From contig CAWBQK010000015.1 in the NCBI GenBank assembly GCA_963791045.1, positions 96,001 through 160,000 on the forward strand: a stretch of DNA of 64,000 nt, given 5' to 3'. The stretch comes from Candidatus Latescibacterota bacterium. Lineage in GTDB: Bacteria; Krumholzibacteriota; Krumholzibacteriia; WVZY01. The notes under the pieces are model-generated. The model was not told the DNA's origin. It searched no databases and was given only the letters and a program-made list of their open reading frames with translations. The translations under genes and the position numbers were made by a program. This document shows positions 41,844 through 51,176 of this stretch, piece after piece (position 1 is the first letter of the stretch; each line of letters starts with the position of its first letter).

Positions 41844-43689
41844 GTTGTGTTCCCTCGACAAACAATGAAAGCTCGGGAATCCGATCCATCAAGAACGCTC
41901 TGACATGCGATTCGATTTTCTCGGTCGTGGAGTACTTCTGGATACGTTTCACGAGCAGTTTACATTCGTCATATGTGACCGACCGGACGATTTTCTTGAC
42001 TTCAGGCATCGCGTTCGGACTGCAGCTGAATTCATCAACGCCGAGCCCGAGAAGAATAACTGTTGCGAGCGGGTCCGCGCACATTTCGCCGCAGACCGCC
42101 GTCGGAATGTTGTTCTTCTTTGCGGCATCCACCGTCATTTTCAAAAACCGTATAATGCTTGGGTGTAGATGCTGATACAAATGCGAAATCTTCGTATTGC
42201 CTCTGTCAACCGCCATCGTGTACTGGACCAAATCGTTGGTTCCAACAGAGAAGAAATCAACTTCCTTCGCGAGCGCTCCCGCCATGGCGACCGCCGCCGG
42301 AGTCTCGACCATGATGCCGATTTTTACATCGGGATCGATGCGGTAACGGCTCTTCGTCAAGTCAGCCTTAACCTCTTCGCAAATTTCCTTGGCCAGGATG
42401 ACTTCCTCGATCCCGACGATGAGAGGAAACATGAGCCGGACTTCTCCGTAAGCGCTTGCGCGGTAAATGGCTCGAAGTTGTGTTTTGAAAATATCTTTTC
42501 TTGTCAGAAGAAAGCGAATACCGCGCCACCCCATAAACGGGTTCAGTTCCGCCGAACTGTGCAGATATCCCGCGATCTTGTCGCCGCCGATATCGAGCGC
42601 ACGTATCGTTACAGGCTTGCCCTTGATATTGTCAACGACCTCGCGATAAACCTTGTATTGCTCCTCCTCGGTGGGAAGCTGGTCCTTCGCGATGAAGAAG
42701 TACTCGGTCCTGAAGAGCCCGATGCCCTCCGCACCGAAGTTGAGCGCGGACTCGATCTCTTCCGGCAGATCGATGTTCGCCTCGAGAAGAATCTTCCTGT
42801 GGTCGAGCGTTTCGGCGGGGTATCCGGTCAGAGTGAGAAGCTGTTTCTCGAACTCTTTCCAGCGATCGATCTCGACCTGGTATTTCTCTACGGTGCTATC
42901 AAGCGGATTGATGATCACGGTGCCGCAGTTACCATCGAGGATCACCATATCCCCGGTCTCGATCAGCGGACTGGTGTCTTCGAGACCAACGACCGCGGCG
43001 ACGCCCTGAGATCGAGCGATGATCGCCGTGTGCGACGTCCGACCGCCAAGGTCGGTGGCATATCCGAGCACGAGACGGCGGTCAAGCTGCGCGGTATCGC
43101 TGGGAGAGAGTTCGTGAGCGACTACGATAGAGGGTTCGGCCGGATTGAGAATCATCTCCCGTTCCATCCCGAGAAGCTTTCGCAGCACGCGTCGTTTGAC
43201 ATCAAGAATGTCAGCGGCGCGGTCTTTGAGATATTCGTCGCCGATATTGCCGAAGCTCGAAACAACCTTTGATATGACGACCTTCAGGGCCCACGCGGCA
43301 TTGAATCCCTCGGTGCGAATCAGGGCTTCGGTGTCGTCGACCACCATCACGTCATCGAGGATGAGAAGATGGGCATCGAAGATTCGAGCATGGTCCTCGC
43401 CCATTTGATTGGCGAGGTCGGTCTTGATTTCAAGGAGTTCTTCACGGGTAACCGCGAGCGCCGAGTTGAAATTATCAACCTCGGACTCAACCATGTCGTG
43501 CGGAATCCGCGTGTGCGGAACGCTGAGGTCCTCCGAGTCCACGACGTGTGCTTTGCCAATGACGATCCCCGGCGCGGCGGAAATGCCGTACCGGATTACT
43601 TCGTCTTTGGATGAACGCGCGGAATCATCCTTTGACTCGCTTCGGGAGCCCACAGTGTCCTCCGAAGATTTAAGCCGTTTGGTGTCCAT
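41833..43689 (-). CDS. ptsI: Phosphoenolpyruvate-protein phosphotransferase (PTS enzyme I)
   Basis: GGRTSHTAI (phospho-His), GIGLFRTE, ELNPFMGWRGIR, SVGTNDLVQY, VCGEM. Confidence 0.97.
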   Translation of the reverse strand: MDTKRLKSSEDTVGSRSESKDDSARSSKDEVIRYGISAAPGIVIGKAHVVDSEDLSVPHTRIPHDMVESEVDNFNSALAVTREELLEIKTDLANQMGEDHARIFDAHLLILDDVMVVDDTEALIRTEGFNAAWALKVVISKVVSSFGNIGDEYLKDRAADILDVKRRVLRKLLGMEREMILNPAEPSIVVAHELSPSDTAQLDRRLVLGYATDLGGRTSHTAIIARSQGVAAVVGLEDTSPLIETGDMVILDGNCGTVIINPLDSTVEKYQVEIDRWKEFEKQLLTLTGYPAETLDHRKILLEANIDLPEEIESALNFGAEGIGLFRTEYFFIAKDQLPTEEEQYKVYREVVDNIKGKPVTIRALDIGGDKIAGYLHSSAELNPFMGWRGIRFLLTRKDIFKTQLRAIYRASAYGEVRLMFPLIVGIEEVILAKEICEEVKADLTKSRYRIDPDVKIGIMVETPAAVAMAGALAKEVDFFSVGTNDLVQYTMAVDRGNTKISHLYQHLHPSIIRFLKMTVDAAKKNNIPTAVCGEMCADPLATVILLGLGVDEFSCSPNAMPEVKKIVRSVTYDECKLLVKRIQKYSTTEKIESHVRAFLMDRIPELSLFVEGTQHGL

Positions 43690-43700
43690 ATTTCCGGATT

Positions 43701-43967
43701 TTATTCTTCGTAAAACTTATTGTTGATGAGTTCTTCGATGGCATCACGGGCTTCCGATTCGTCGCCCCCATCGATCTCAATGGTTATCATCGCGCCGGGT
43801 TCAATCGCCAGGCTGGCCAGCCCAAGGATGCTCTTGCCGTTCGCCTTTTTGCCATCCTTGATGACAAAAACTTCGCTGTCGAACTTCGTAGCTGTTTTGA
43901 CGAATTCACCCGCTGCTCGCAGATGCATCCCGATCTTGTTGGTCACTTCGGCCTCAAACTGTATCAT
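43701..43967 (-). CDS. ptsH: Phosphocarrier protein HPr
   Basis: GMHLRAA (His15) and NGKSILGL (Ser46). Confidence 0.96.
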   Translation of the reverse strand: MIQFEAEVTNKIGMHLRAAGEFVKTATKFDSEVFVIKDGKKANGKSILGLASLAIEPGAMITIEIDGGDESEARDAIEELINNKFYEE

Positions 43968-44039
43968 AACTATACTCTGTTCTGTAACCGGCCGTTCGAT
44001 ATCTCTCGCCGGTTTGCACGGGCGACCCGCATGACAACC

Positions 44040-44792
44040 CTAGCCAATTAGAAGAGCTATAAACGCAGAGGTTGGGAAAAGGATTATTGCAACCCAGGAA
44101 GCTGGAACATCTCTTCTCAAAAGATAAAGGGTAACCGCCGCCAGGATAACGGCCAGCAACAACGTGATATGGCCGTGTTCGGGGAACCGGTGAAAAAGAA
44201 CCCCAAGAAGCACCCCCGCCACACCCGCACTCATCCCTTCGACGATGCTCAATACCTTTTGGAACTCGGGACCCGAGAAGACGTCCACGAGCTCCCAGCC
44301 TTTGGCGTAGCCAAAGAAAACTCCCCACAGGCGGCACGCGACTATCATCACGTTATATAGCAAAAAAACTGCCAATAACCCCAAGGGGAGCTTATATATA
44401 GCAAAGATACATGCGAAAGTCAATGCCAAGGGTTTTAGATTTCCGATAAACAGCATGTCCCCCATGGCGGCAAGAGGCCCGGTCAACGCGCGTTTAAAAT
44501 ATTCGATATCATCGTCGGTTACCGGCTTCCCGTCCCTCTTATCCTGCTCGAGCCTGAGCACTCCTCCAACAACGAGAGGTGTAAAATTCGGGTTGCAGTT
44601 AAAGAACGATAAGTGCTTGAGGAGTAAGGCGGTTCCACCCGTCGAGTCCAACTTTCCGCTGGCCGGCCCGAGGGCACTCACCAACCCCAGGTTCTGCATC
44701 CCACGCCGGTTGAGAAGCCCCTGGAGAAAGAGGAGCCGGAGGAATACGCGAAACAGCGTAAAACGGCCGATCTTGGTTTTTACCTCAGCCAC
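44040..44792 (-). CDS. PTS mannose/fructose/sorbose family IID component
   Basis: RGMQNLG, HLSFFNCNP, GPLAAMGD, FGYAKG. GTG 44792 overlaps the IIC end. Confidence 0.85.
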   Translation of the reverse strand: MAEVKTKIGRFTLFRVFLRLLFLQGLLNRRGMQNLGLVSALGPASGKLDSTGGTALLLKHLSFFNCNPNFTPLVVGGVLRLEQDKRDGKPVTDDDIEYFKRALTGPLAAMGDMLFIGNLKPLALTFACIFAIYKLPLGLLAVFLLYNVMIVACRLWGVFFGYAKGWELVDVFSGPEFQKVLSIVEGMSAGVAGVLLGVLFHRFPEHGHITLLLAVILAAVTLYLLRRDVPASWVAIILFPTSAFIALLIG

Positions 44793-45478
44793 AGGAATAT
44801 CACCACCACCACGGCACAGACCAACAACGCGCGTCGGAGATGGTGCTGCCAGAACAGGTGGACGAGCGATGCGGCGCCTATCGCGGGAACGAGTAGACTC
44901 CACTTTGTAGCGCCTTCGACGAGCAAGCCGCCGGTAAACCGGGTCAGTCTGTCACCCGCGTAGTAACCTCCCGCCCCGAGAGCCAGGATGAGAAGCGCCT
45001 CAACAAGAAATATAAATCCGACGGCCCCCGCGTGGACCCAAAAGATCCGGCGCACCGTGGTCTTCCCGGTGGCGTCCGCGGCAAACTCGATTCCGCTCAG
45101 CATCCGATTTTGCAGCCCAAAAAGCGGTGCAGTTATCCGCGCCCCCACCTCGCCCGCAAGGAGTCCTATAAACACACCTATGGCGCCAACGAAGACAAAC
45201 CTCGGATCGCTGGTATTCTGAATGAGGAGGGCGGCGGTGCCAGCGCCAACAACCCCGGCGGCAATCTGATCCGGAATCCTTGCCCCGCGCATGGGAACGA
45301 TCGAGAGGTAAACGAGCTCGAGAATCACCCCGACGGCGAGCGCGATTTCGATCTCACCGATGGCGAACCCGACGGCGGCGGCGGAAAACACGGGCTGGGC
45401 GAGCAGACTCTGCCACCCCGCCCTGTAATCGACGGCGAGAATCCCGCCCATTATTCCCAGTATGACAAACGAACTCAT
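44780..45478 (-). CDS. PTS mannose/fructose/sorbose family IIC component
   Basis: D..AGWQSLLAQPV, GVILELVYL...PMRGARIPD; hydrophobic; position in the operon. Confidence 0.8.
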   Translation of the reverse strand: MSSFVILGIMGGILAVDYRAGWQSLLAQPVFSAAAVGFAIGEIEIALAVGVILELVYLSIVPMRGARIPDQIAAGVVGAGTAALLIQNTSDPRFVFVGAIGVFIGLLAGEVGARITAPLFGLQNRMLSGIEFAADATGKTTVRRIFWVHAGAVGFIFLVEALLILALGAGGYYAGDRLTRFTGGLLVEGATKWSLLVPAIGAASLVHLFWQHHLRRALLVCAVVVVIFLWLR

Positions 45479-45578
45479 TTATCGAGCCTGGTTGGTGTGC
45501 CGTTCGAAATTGTAAACGAATGTCATTTTATAAGAGAAATCGCTGAGAATCCATGCAAATCCCCAGCATTCGATTGAA

Positions 45579-45725
45579 CGTTGCTTGGCGCGGGGCGGGA
45601 CATGCCGTTTGCTTCGCGCTCTCCGCTGGCGGTCGGCTAACCGTCGGCTGCGCCGCCGGTGGATCCTCCCTGGCTCCGAGCAATGCTACGCAAACGGCAT
45701 GTCCCGCCCCGCATAGGAGGCAACG
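45579..45725. repeat. MITE/REP-like palindromic element with perfect 23-bp inverted repeats
   Basis: GCGGGGCGGGACATGCCGTTTGC (45590-45612) and its exact reverse complement (45690-45712), with a 77-nt foldable spacer and outer CGTTGCTT/AGGCAACG pairing. Confidence 0.75.
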
Positions 45726-45740
45726 AAGCAAGAGGGAGGG

Positions 45741-46217
45741 TCAGACTACGATAGAGTTTATGATCGTGGGGGTGTTGCCGGGGATGTCCTGGGCCGTCAA
45801 CGTCACGCCCTGCTTGACCAGCTCGCGCAGCAGGCGCTTGTCTTCTTCTGAGAGGAATACGAACGGAAGGATCTCGTCGGTCTGGGGGCGGTAGTGCAGC
45901 CCGCCGACATTTATTTCCTCGAACCGTGCCCCGGATTTGATCACTTCGTAGACGTCGGGAACGGACTCAAAAAGCATCAATACCGATTCCGATTTGAAGA
46001 TGTCGTCATGAAGACCCGCGGCGGTTTCGGCGAGCGTATGAAACGAGACCTTCATCTGCGGGGGTACGCTCGCCGTGTAGAACTTGCGTTCCCACGTGTT
46101 CCCCGCGATACGGTCGTTGGACACAACTATCCGATCGGGCTTCAACACCCTCGCCCACCCAAGGACCACCTGTCCATGGATAAGCCGGTCGTCTATGCGG
46201 ACAAGACTTAGCGGCAT
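45741..46217 (-). CDS. PTS mannose/fructose/sorbose family IIB component
   Basis: VRIDDRLIHGQV, EINVGG. Confidence 0.95.
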   Translation of the reverse strand: MPLSLVRIDDRLIHGQVVLGWARVLKPDRIVVSNDRIAGNTWERKFYTASVPPQMKVSFHTLAETAAGLHDDIFKSESVLMLFESVPDVYEVIKSGARFEEINVGGLHYRPQTDEILPFVFLSEEDKRLLRELVKQGVTLTAQDIPGNTPTIINSIVV

Positions 46218-46609
46218 TACATTTGGTTGGGATCCACCGACTGGATACTGCTGTGTCCGCGGCCAAGGATTTCCGCGGGAAGTTGCTCGAACGACACACT
46301 CTCTCGCTTGTTAAGAAAAGCGAGCAACATAGGCAGGTTGACCCCCGTTATTATCGGGACGTCATCACGCTCGACTTTCAGTTGCATACACGCGTGACAA
46401 CAACTCCCCCCAAAAAAATCGACAAAGACAACACATCGCTCGCCCGCCGCTGCCGCAACCAGCGAGTCGATCTCTTGTTTGAGCGCCTGAGGTGATTTCC
46501 CCTCATTGGTGACGCCGTGACAGTGCGAGAATTCGCCAAAAATGACTTTGGCGGTTTCGATCAACGCCGTCGCGAGCCTGCCGTGCGTGACAAGAATACC
46601 TGTGACCAT
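46217..46609 (-). CDS. PTS mannose/fructose/sorbose family IIA component
   Basis: ILVTHGRLA, VDFFGGS, ITGVNLPMLL; ATG at 46609. Confidence 0.93.
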   Translation of the reverse strand: MVTGILVTHGRLATALIETAKVIFGEFSHCHGVTNEGKSPQALKQEIDSLVAAAAGERCVVFVDFFGGSCCHACMQLKVERDDVPIITGVNLPMLLAFLNKRESVSFEQLPAEILGRGHSSIQSVDPNQM

Positions 46610-46635
46610 GTTCGACCTGATTGATGAATTCGGTG

Positions 46636-47610
46636 CTACTCCGTATCGTACCTGAGATAATGGCGGGTCCGCCGGTCGCTTTCCATCTTGTCGATGAGGA
46701 GCTGGTTGAACCGGTCGGCCGCCTTGTACCCGTAAACCTTGAACATATGATTCATCGCGATGACCTCGGAAATTACCGTGATGTTCTTTCCGGGAAAGAG
46801 CGGGACGTCGACCCTCGGTATTTTGACTCCGAGTATTTCTGTGTAAACCTCGTCGAGGCCCTGGCGCTCCCAGTCTTTCTTCCTGTCCCATTCCATCAGG
46901 TTCACCACTACCTCGAGGCGTTTCTGGACGCGGATCGACCGGATACCGAACTTGGCCTGTATGTCGATGACGCCGATCCCGCGGATTTCCATGAAGTGCT
47001 GGAGGTGTTCATGCCCGCGGCCCAGGATGATGTCTTCGGCCTTCTTCATCATAAACACGCTATCATCCGCCACAAGCCTGTGGCCGCGTTCGACGAGATC
47101 GAGCGCGATCTCGCTCTTGCCGATTCCACTCTGGCCGGTGAAGAGCAGGCCGACGCCGTAAACATCGACCATCGTGCCATGAACGAGTTCCGTCGGAGCA
47201 AAATAGTCATCCAGAAATCGGGTGAGTTCGTGGATAAACGGCGTCGTCGACATGCTCGTTCTGAGCAGCGGAACACCGTGCTCGTTGCACGAATCGACAA
47301 GCTCGATTGGAACATCGAGATGGTGTGTGATGATGAAACAAACGAGCGGGACGGAGAAAAGGTTTTCCACGACCCGCTTGCGTTCTGATTCTTTTCTTGT
47401 ATTCAGATAGAGAATTTCGGTCTCGCCAAGAATCTGAATACGCTCGTTCAGGAATGTCTGCATAAAACCGGTTAGAGCGATTCCCGGCCTGTGAACGTCC
47501 GTAACCGTAATCGGCAGAGCTCCTTCGATGTGATCGTTGAGGTGTTCGAGCGCCAATGCTTCGGTGGTCGTCTCGAAGAACTCATTTACGGAGAGCATCT
47601 CTTTCTTCAT
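46636..47610 (-). CDS. hprK: HPr kinase/phosphorylase
   Basis: VHGTMVDVYGVG, GQSGIGKSEIALDLVERGHRLVADD, MEIRGIGVI. Confidence 0.97.
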   Translation of the reverse strand: MKKEMLSVNEFFETTTEALALEHLNDHIEGALPITVTDVHRPGIALTGFMQTFLNERIQILGETEILYLNTRKESERKRVVENLFSVPLVCFIITHHLDVPIELVDSCNEHGVPLLRTSMSTTPFIHELTRFLDDYFAPTELVHGTMVDVYGVGLLFTGQSGIGKSEIALDLVERGHRLVADDSVFMMKKAEDIILGRGHEHLQHFMEIRGIGVIDIQAKFGIRSIRVQKRLEVVVNLMEWDRKKDWERQGLDEVYTEILGVKIPRVDVPLFPGKNITVISEVIAMNHMFKVYGYKAADRFNQLLIDKMESDRRTRHYLRYDTE

Positions 47611-47613
47611 GTA

Positions 47614-48144
47614 CTACGCCTCGATAAGCCCCAGTGATCCGTCCTCTCGCTTGAAGAGAACCGACAAACGCTTAGTGTTTTTGTTCGAAAAGATACTGAA
47701 TCCCTTGCCATCCGAATTCATCTTCTTGACCGCCTCGCTCAAGGTCAAAAACGGAAATTCGATCGGATCAACGGCGACAATCCCCTCGCCGCCTTCAGCA
47801 CCCTGCAGAGGCTCCTCGGGCGGGAGATCGACTTCGATCTCCCCGAGCTTGGGAGATTTCTTACTGAACCGCTTCCCCTTGTATTTGCTGATTTGCCTTT
47901 CGAGTTTTTCGACAACCCTGTCGACGGAGACGTACATGTCTTCGGATTCCTCGCGGCTGTTGAAATCCTTCCCGTTTACATGGACTGTAACCTCCACGGA
48001 ATGCCTGTATTTCTCGAGTTCGAAGATGATATGGGCGTTCACTATGTTGTCAAAATGCTTTGTCAGCTGCTCCACCTTGGTCTCTGCGTATTCCTTGAGT
48101 GCTGGGGTCAGTTCGTAGTGTCTGGAAGTCGTTTCAATGTTCAT
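47614..48144 (-). CDS. hpf: Ribosome hibernation promoting factor (long HPF)
   Basis: RHYELTPALKEY, DMYVSVD..VEKLERQI.KYK, C-terminal LFKREDG..GLIE. Confidence 0.93.
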   Translation of the reverse strand: MNIETTSRHYELTPALKEYAETKVEQLTKHFDNIVNAHIIFELEKYRHSVEVTVHVNGKDFNSREESEDMYVSVDRVVEKLERQISKYKGKRFSKKSPKLGEIEVDLPPEEPLQGAEGGEGIVAVDPIEFPFLTLSEAVKKMNSDGKGFSIFSNKNTKRLSVLFKREDGSLGLIEA

Positions 48145-48169
48145 GTCTCACCTCTCTATAGCAATAAAG

Positions 48170-48185
48170 GTCAACTCACATGCCG
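48170..48185 (-). promoter_or_regulatory. Sigma54-like site with a non-canonical -12 (CGGCATGTGAGTTGAC) upstream of hpf
   Basis: GGCATG-N4-TTGA instead of TTGC, placed so transcription would start just before the GAGAGGTG SD. Confidence 0.35.
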
Positions 48186-48411
48186 CCTGCGGACACATCA
48201 AGATTCCGAACCGGGAGACAGGAGCTTGAGGTAAAGTTTCGCGTCTGTAAGACTTTTCTGGAGAGTGATGGAAATGCTGTTAAGTATCTAAATATCAACT
48301 CTTTCGCCTGTTTGATAGGTATTAATTAACGAGTTAACAAAGAGAGTTTTTCACTCTTCAATTACAGTATACATGGATGGGCGTAAACCCGCCAAGACTT
48401 TTAGCCGGCCG

Positions 48412-49842
48412 TTAATACTGCTTTCTCATCCTCGCCGGCAGTATGTTGAGCTGCTCCCTGTACTTCGCCACCGTACGCCGAGCGATATTGAGACCATCGG
48501 CCATTAGAATGTCGGCTATCTTCTGATCACTCAGTGGGTTATGGTCATTTTCCTGCTCGATAATCCGGCGTATTTTGTCCTTGGCGCTTTTGGCCGAAAT
48601 CTCGTTGCCGTCCTGAGTCCCAAGACTGCTCGAGAAGAAGAACTTGAGTTCGAAGACGCCCCTTGGGGTCTGAACGTACTTATTTGTCGTCACGCGGCTG
48701 ACCGTCGATTCGTGCATGTTGATCTCGCTCGCCACCTGCTGGAGGGTGAGCGGTCTCAAGGCTGCCGTCCCTTTTTCAAAAAACTCGCGTTGTTTCCGGA
48801 CGATGCACTCCATCACCTTTACCATCGTGCGGCGGCGCTGCTCAATCGTTTGAATCAGCCAGCGCGCCGACTTGAGCCGCGACTGGATAAACTCCTTCGT
48901 TTCACGATTACCTTCGTGGTTTTCCTTGAGAAGCTCTTCCTGGTACACCGAGTTGATCCGGAGCCTGGGGATATTCTTGTCGTTGAGATAAATTACGTAT
49001 TTTTCGTCGACCTTCTCCACAACGAGATCCGGAATCACGTAGTGCGGGTCTCCCGCCATGATCTCCAACCCCGGTTTGGGATCGAGCGTGCTGATTACTT
49101 TGCACTGGTTCTGAATATCGGGAATCGAAACTTTGAGCTTTTTGCTCAGCTCGGGGTATTTCTTCTGTTTGAATTCATCAAAGTGGTCGCGGATGATTCG
49201 TGCGGCCAGAGAGTCTTCCAGCCCGCGAACGGCGAGCTGAATGAGCAGGCTTTCCTTAAGATTGCGAGCCCCGACGCCGGGCGGGTCGAACGTCTGGATG
49301 ATGCTGAGGACCTTCTGAACTTCCTCGGTCGATGTCTCGAAGGTGTTTGCAACTTCTTCGAGTTCACAGGTGAGATAGCCGCTATCGTCCAGGCTGCCGA
49401 TGATATAGTCGCCAATCTCGATAGTGCGCTCGTCGTCGGTCACTATCCGCAGCTGGCTGATCAGCTGCTCGGTAAAAGAACGTTTTGCGACGGGAACTCT
49501 TTCGACAAAATCCTCCGGGGCCTCCTCGCCCAGACCGGCGGCAACTTCCCAACCGGACTGCAAGTATTCTTCCCAGTCCACTTCTTCGTCTTTTTCTTCC
49601 GAGTCATTCTCGTCGGCCTTCTCTTCGTTCTTGTCGGTCTCCGCTTCCTGGCGCTCTTCCTCCTGTTGGGTCTCGAGGAAATCCTCTTCTTCATCGAGGA
49701 GAGGGTTCTCCATGATTTCCTGCTTGAGCATCTGCTGAAGCTCGATCGCGGGCATCTGGAGAAGCTTGAGCGCCTGCTGGAGCTTGGGCGTCATCACCAG
49801 CTGTTGTCTCTGCCTTAAGTGCAGGCCAATTTTCATTTCCAT
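48412..49842 (-). CDS. rpoN: RNA polymerase sigma-54 factor
   Basis: MTPKLQQALKLLQ, DPPGVGARNL.E.L, MHESTVSR, RpoN box ARRTVAKYRE. Confidence 0.98.
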   Translation of the reverse strand: MEMKIGLHLRQRQQLVMTPKLQQALKLLQMPAIELQQMLKQEIMENPLLDEEEDFLETQQEEERQEAETDKNEEKADENDSEEKDEEVDWEEYLQSGWEVAAGLGEEAPEDFVERVPVAKRSFTEQLISQLRIVTDDERTIEIGDYIIGSLDDSGYLTCELEEVANTFETSTEEVQKVLSIIQTFDPPGVGARNLKESLLIQLAVRGLEDSLAARIIRDHFDEFKQKKYPELSKKLKVSIPDIQNQCKVISTLDPKPGLEIMAGDPHYVIPDLVVEKVDEKYVIYLNDKNIPRLRINSVYQEELLKENHEGNRETKEFIQSRLKSARWLIQTIEQRRRTMVKVMECIVRKQREFFEKGTAALRPLTLQQVASEINMHESTVSRVTTNKYVQTPRGVFELKFFFSSSLGTQDGNEISAKSAKDKIRRIIEQENDHNPLSDQKIADILMADGLNIARRTVAKYREQLNILPARMRKQY

Positions 49843-49870
49843 CGCAATCACCTGGTCCAGTCGTTATTGC

Positions 49871-50625
49871 CTAGAGCCGGAAAGACTCGCCGAGATAGAT
49901 TTCTCTGACTTCGGCGTCTTCCGCAAGTTCATCGGGCGCACCGGATCTTTTGATGCTTCCCTCATACATGACGTAGGATCTGTCGGTTATGCTCAGGGTA
50001 TCCCTCACGTTGTGATCCGTAATCAGGATCCCGAGCCCGCGCTGCTTGAGCTTTTTGACGATTTTCTGCAAATCCGCCACGGCAATGGGGTCGATTCCGG
50101 CAAACGGCTCGTCGAGAAGCATGAATTTGGGCTCAATAACCAACGCCCGTGTGATCTCGACCCGTCTTCTTTCCCCCCCGAAAGCTGGTATCCCATACTC
50201 TTACGAATGTGCGAGATATCGAGCTCATCGAGGAGCAAATCGAGCTTTTCCTTACGCTCAGATTTGGTCATTTTCATCGTCTCAAGGATAGAAAGCAGGT
50301 TTTGTTCCACAGTCAGCCCTCTAAATATTGAAGGGTCCTGAGCGAGGTAACCTATTCCCATTCTTGCACGTTTGTACATCGGCGTCTTTGTGACGTTTTT
50401 ATCCCCGAGAAATATCTGGCCACCACTGGGCCGAATCATTCCAACTACCATGTAGAACGTCGTGGTCTTACCAGCGCCATTTGGCCCAAGAAGTCCAACC
50501 ACTTCCCCGGCATCAACCCGGATACTGACGTCGCTCACGACACGGCGTTTGCTGTACACCTTGACCAGGTTCTCGGTCTGGATATAAACCTCGTTCGAAG
50601 ATGGGGATTTCGCGTCTTCCGTCAT
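49871..50625 (-). CDS. lptB: LPS export ABC transporter ATP-binding protein (frameshift in the G7 run at 50173-50179)
   Basis: [16 protein letters not shown]; one extra G restores [38 protein letters not shown]. Confidence 0.95.
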
Positions 50626-51176
50626 CCGTCGAATTCACCTTCCTCGTCGATGATCGTCGCCTTAACGTCGCGTTTTATATCTACTTTTCCAAGATCGTCC
50701 CGGCACTCGAGACCGTACCCCGTCATCACGTCACGACCGCGCGTGAGCTTGACGAATGAATCGCTCAAAATCTTGTTTTTCTGATTGTCCCACAGCAGGC
50801 TGTCCGTCTCGAGAATATCCCCGTCAACCGACGTCACAACCACATTTCCCCAGGCGAGCATATTCCTGGTGTCCTCGTAGTATTCCCCAGAGTCCGAGAC
50901 GAGTGTCGTCCTGATATCACCCAGCTCGTCGAAGAATTGAAAGGTTGGGTTGTCGAGAATCACAAGCTTCTTTTCCTTGTACCGGCTCGCCATCGGTGCG
51001 GTGAGCCTCCAGGTGGCAAGCCCACTGTCGGTCTCTTCGGTCACAAAATCTACAAAGACGTCGTCGGGTGTGTCGCCGACTTCGTACGCGATTTCATCGG
51101 ATGGCTCGCTCGAACACGCGGCGAGGAAAAGCCCGGCGATTATCCCGAAATACAACAGCCTATTGAACCGTATCAT
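50622..51176 (-). CDS. lptC: LPS export periplasmic protein LptC (lipoprotein type)
   Basis: Lipobox [25 protein letters not shown]....I.SD.FV, G.GL; ATG at 51176. Confidence 0.85.
   Translation of the reverse strand: MIRFNRLLYFGIIAGLFLAACSSEPSDEIAYEVGDTPDDVFVDFVTEETDSGLATWRLTAPMASRYKEKKLVILDNPTFQFFDELGDIRTTLVSDSGEYYEDTRNMLAWGNVVVTSVDGDILETDSLLWDNQKNKILSDSFVKLTRGRDVMTGYGLECRDDLGKVDIKRDVKATIIDEEGEFDG

Noticed and set aside
50173-50179. Phase variation or programmed frameshift in the lptB G7 run
   Set aside because: lptB is normally essential and similar single-base indels hit nusA and others; homopolymer sequencing error is simpler.
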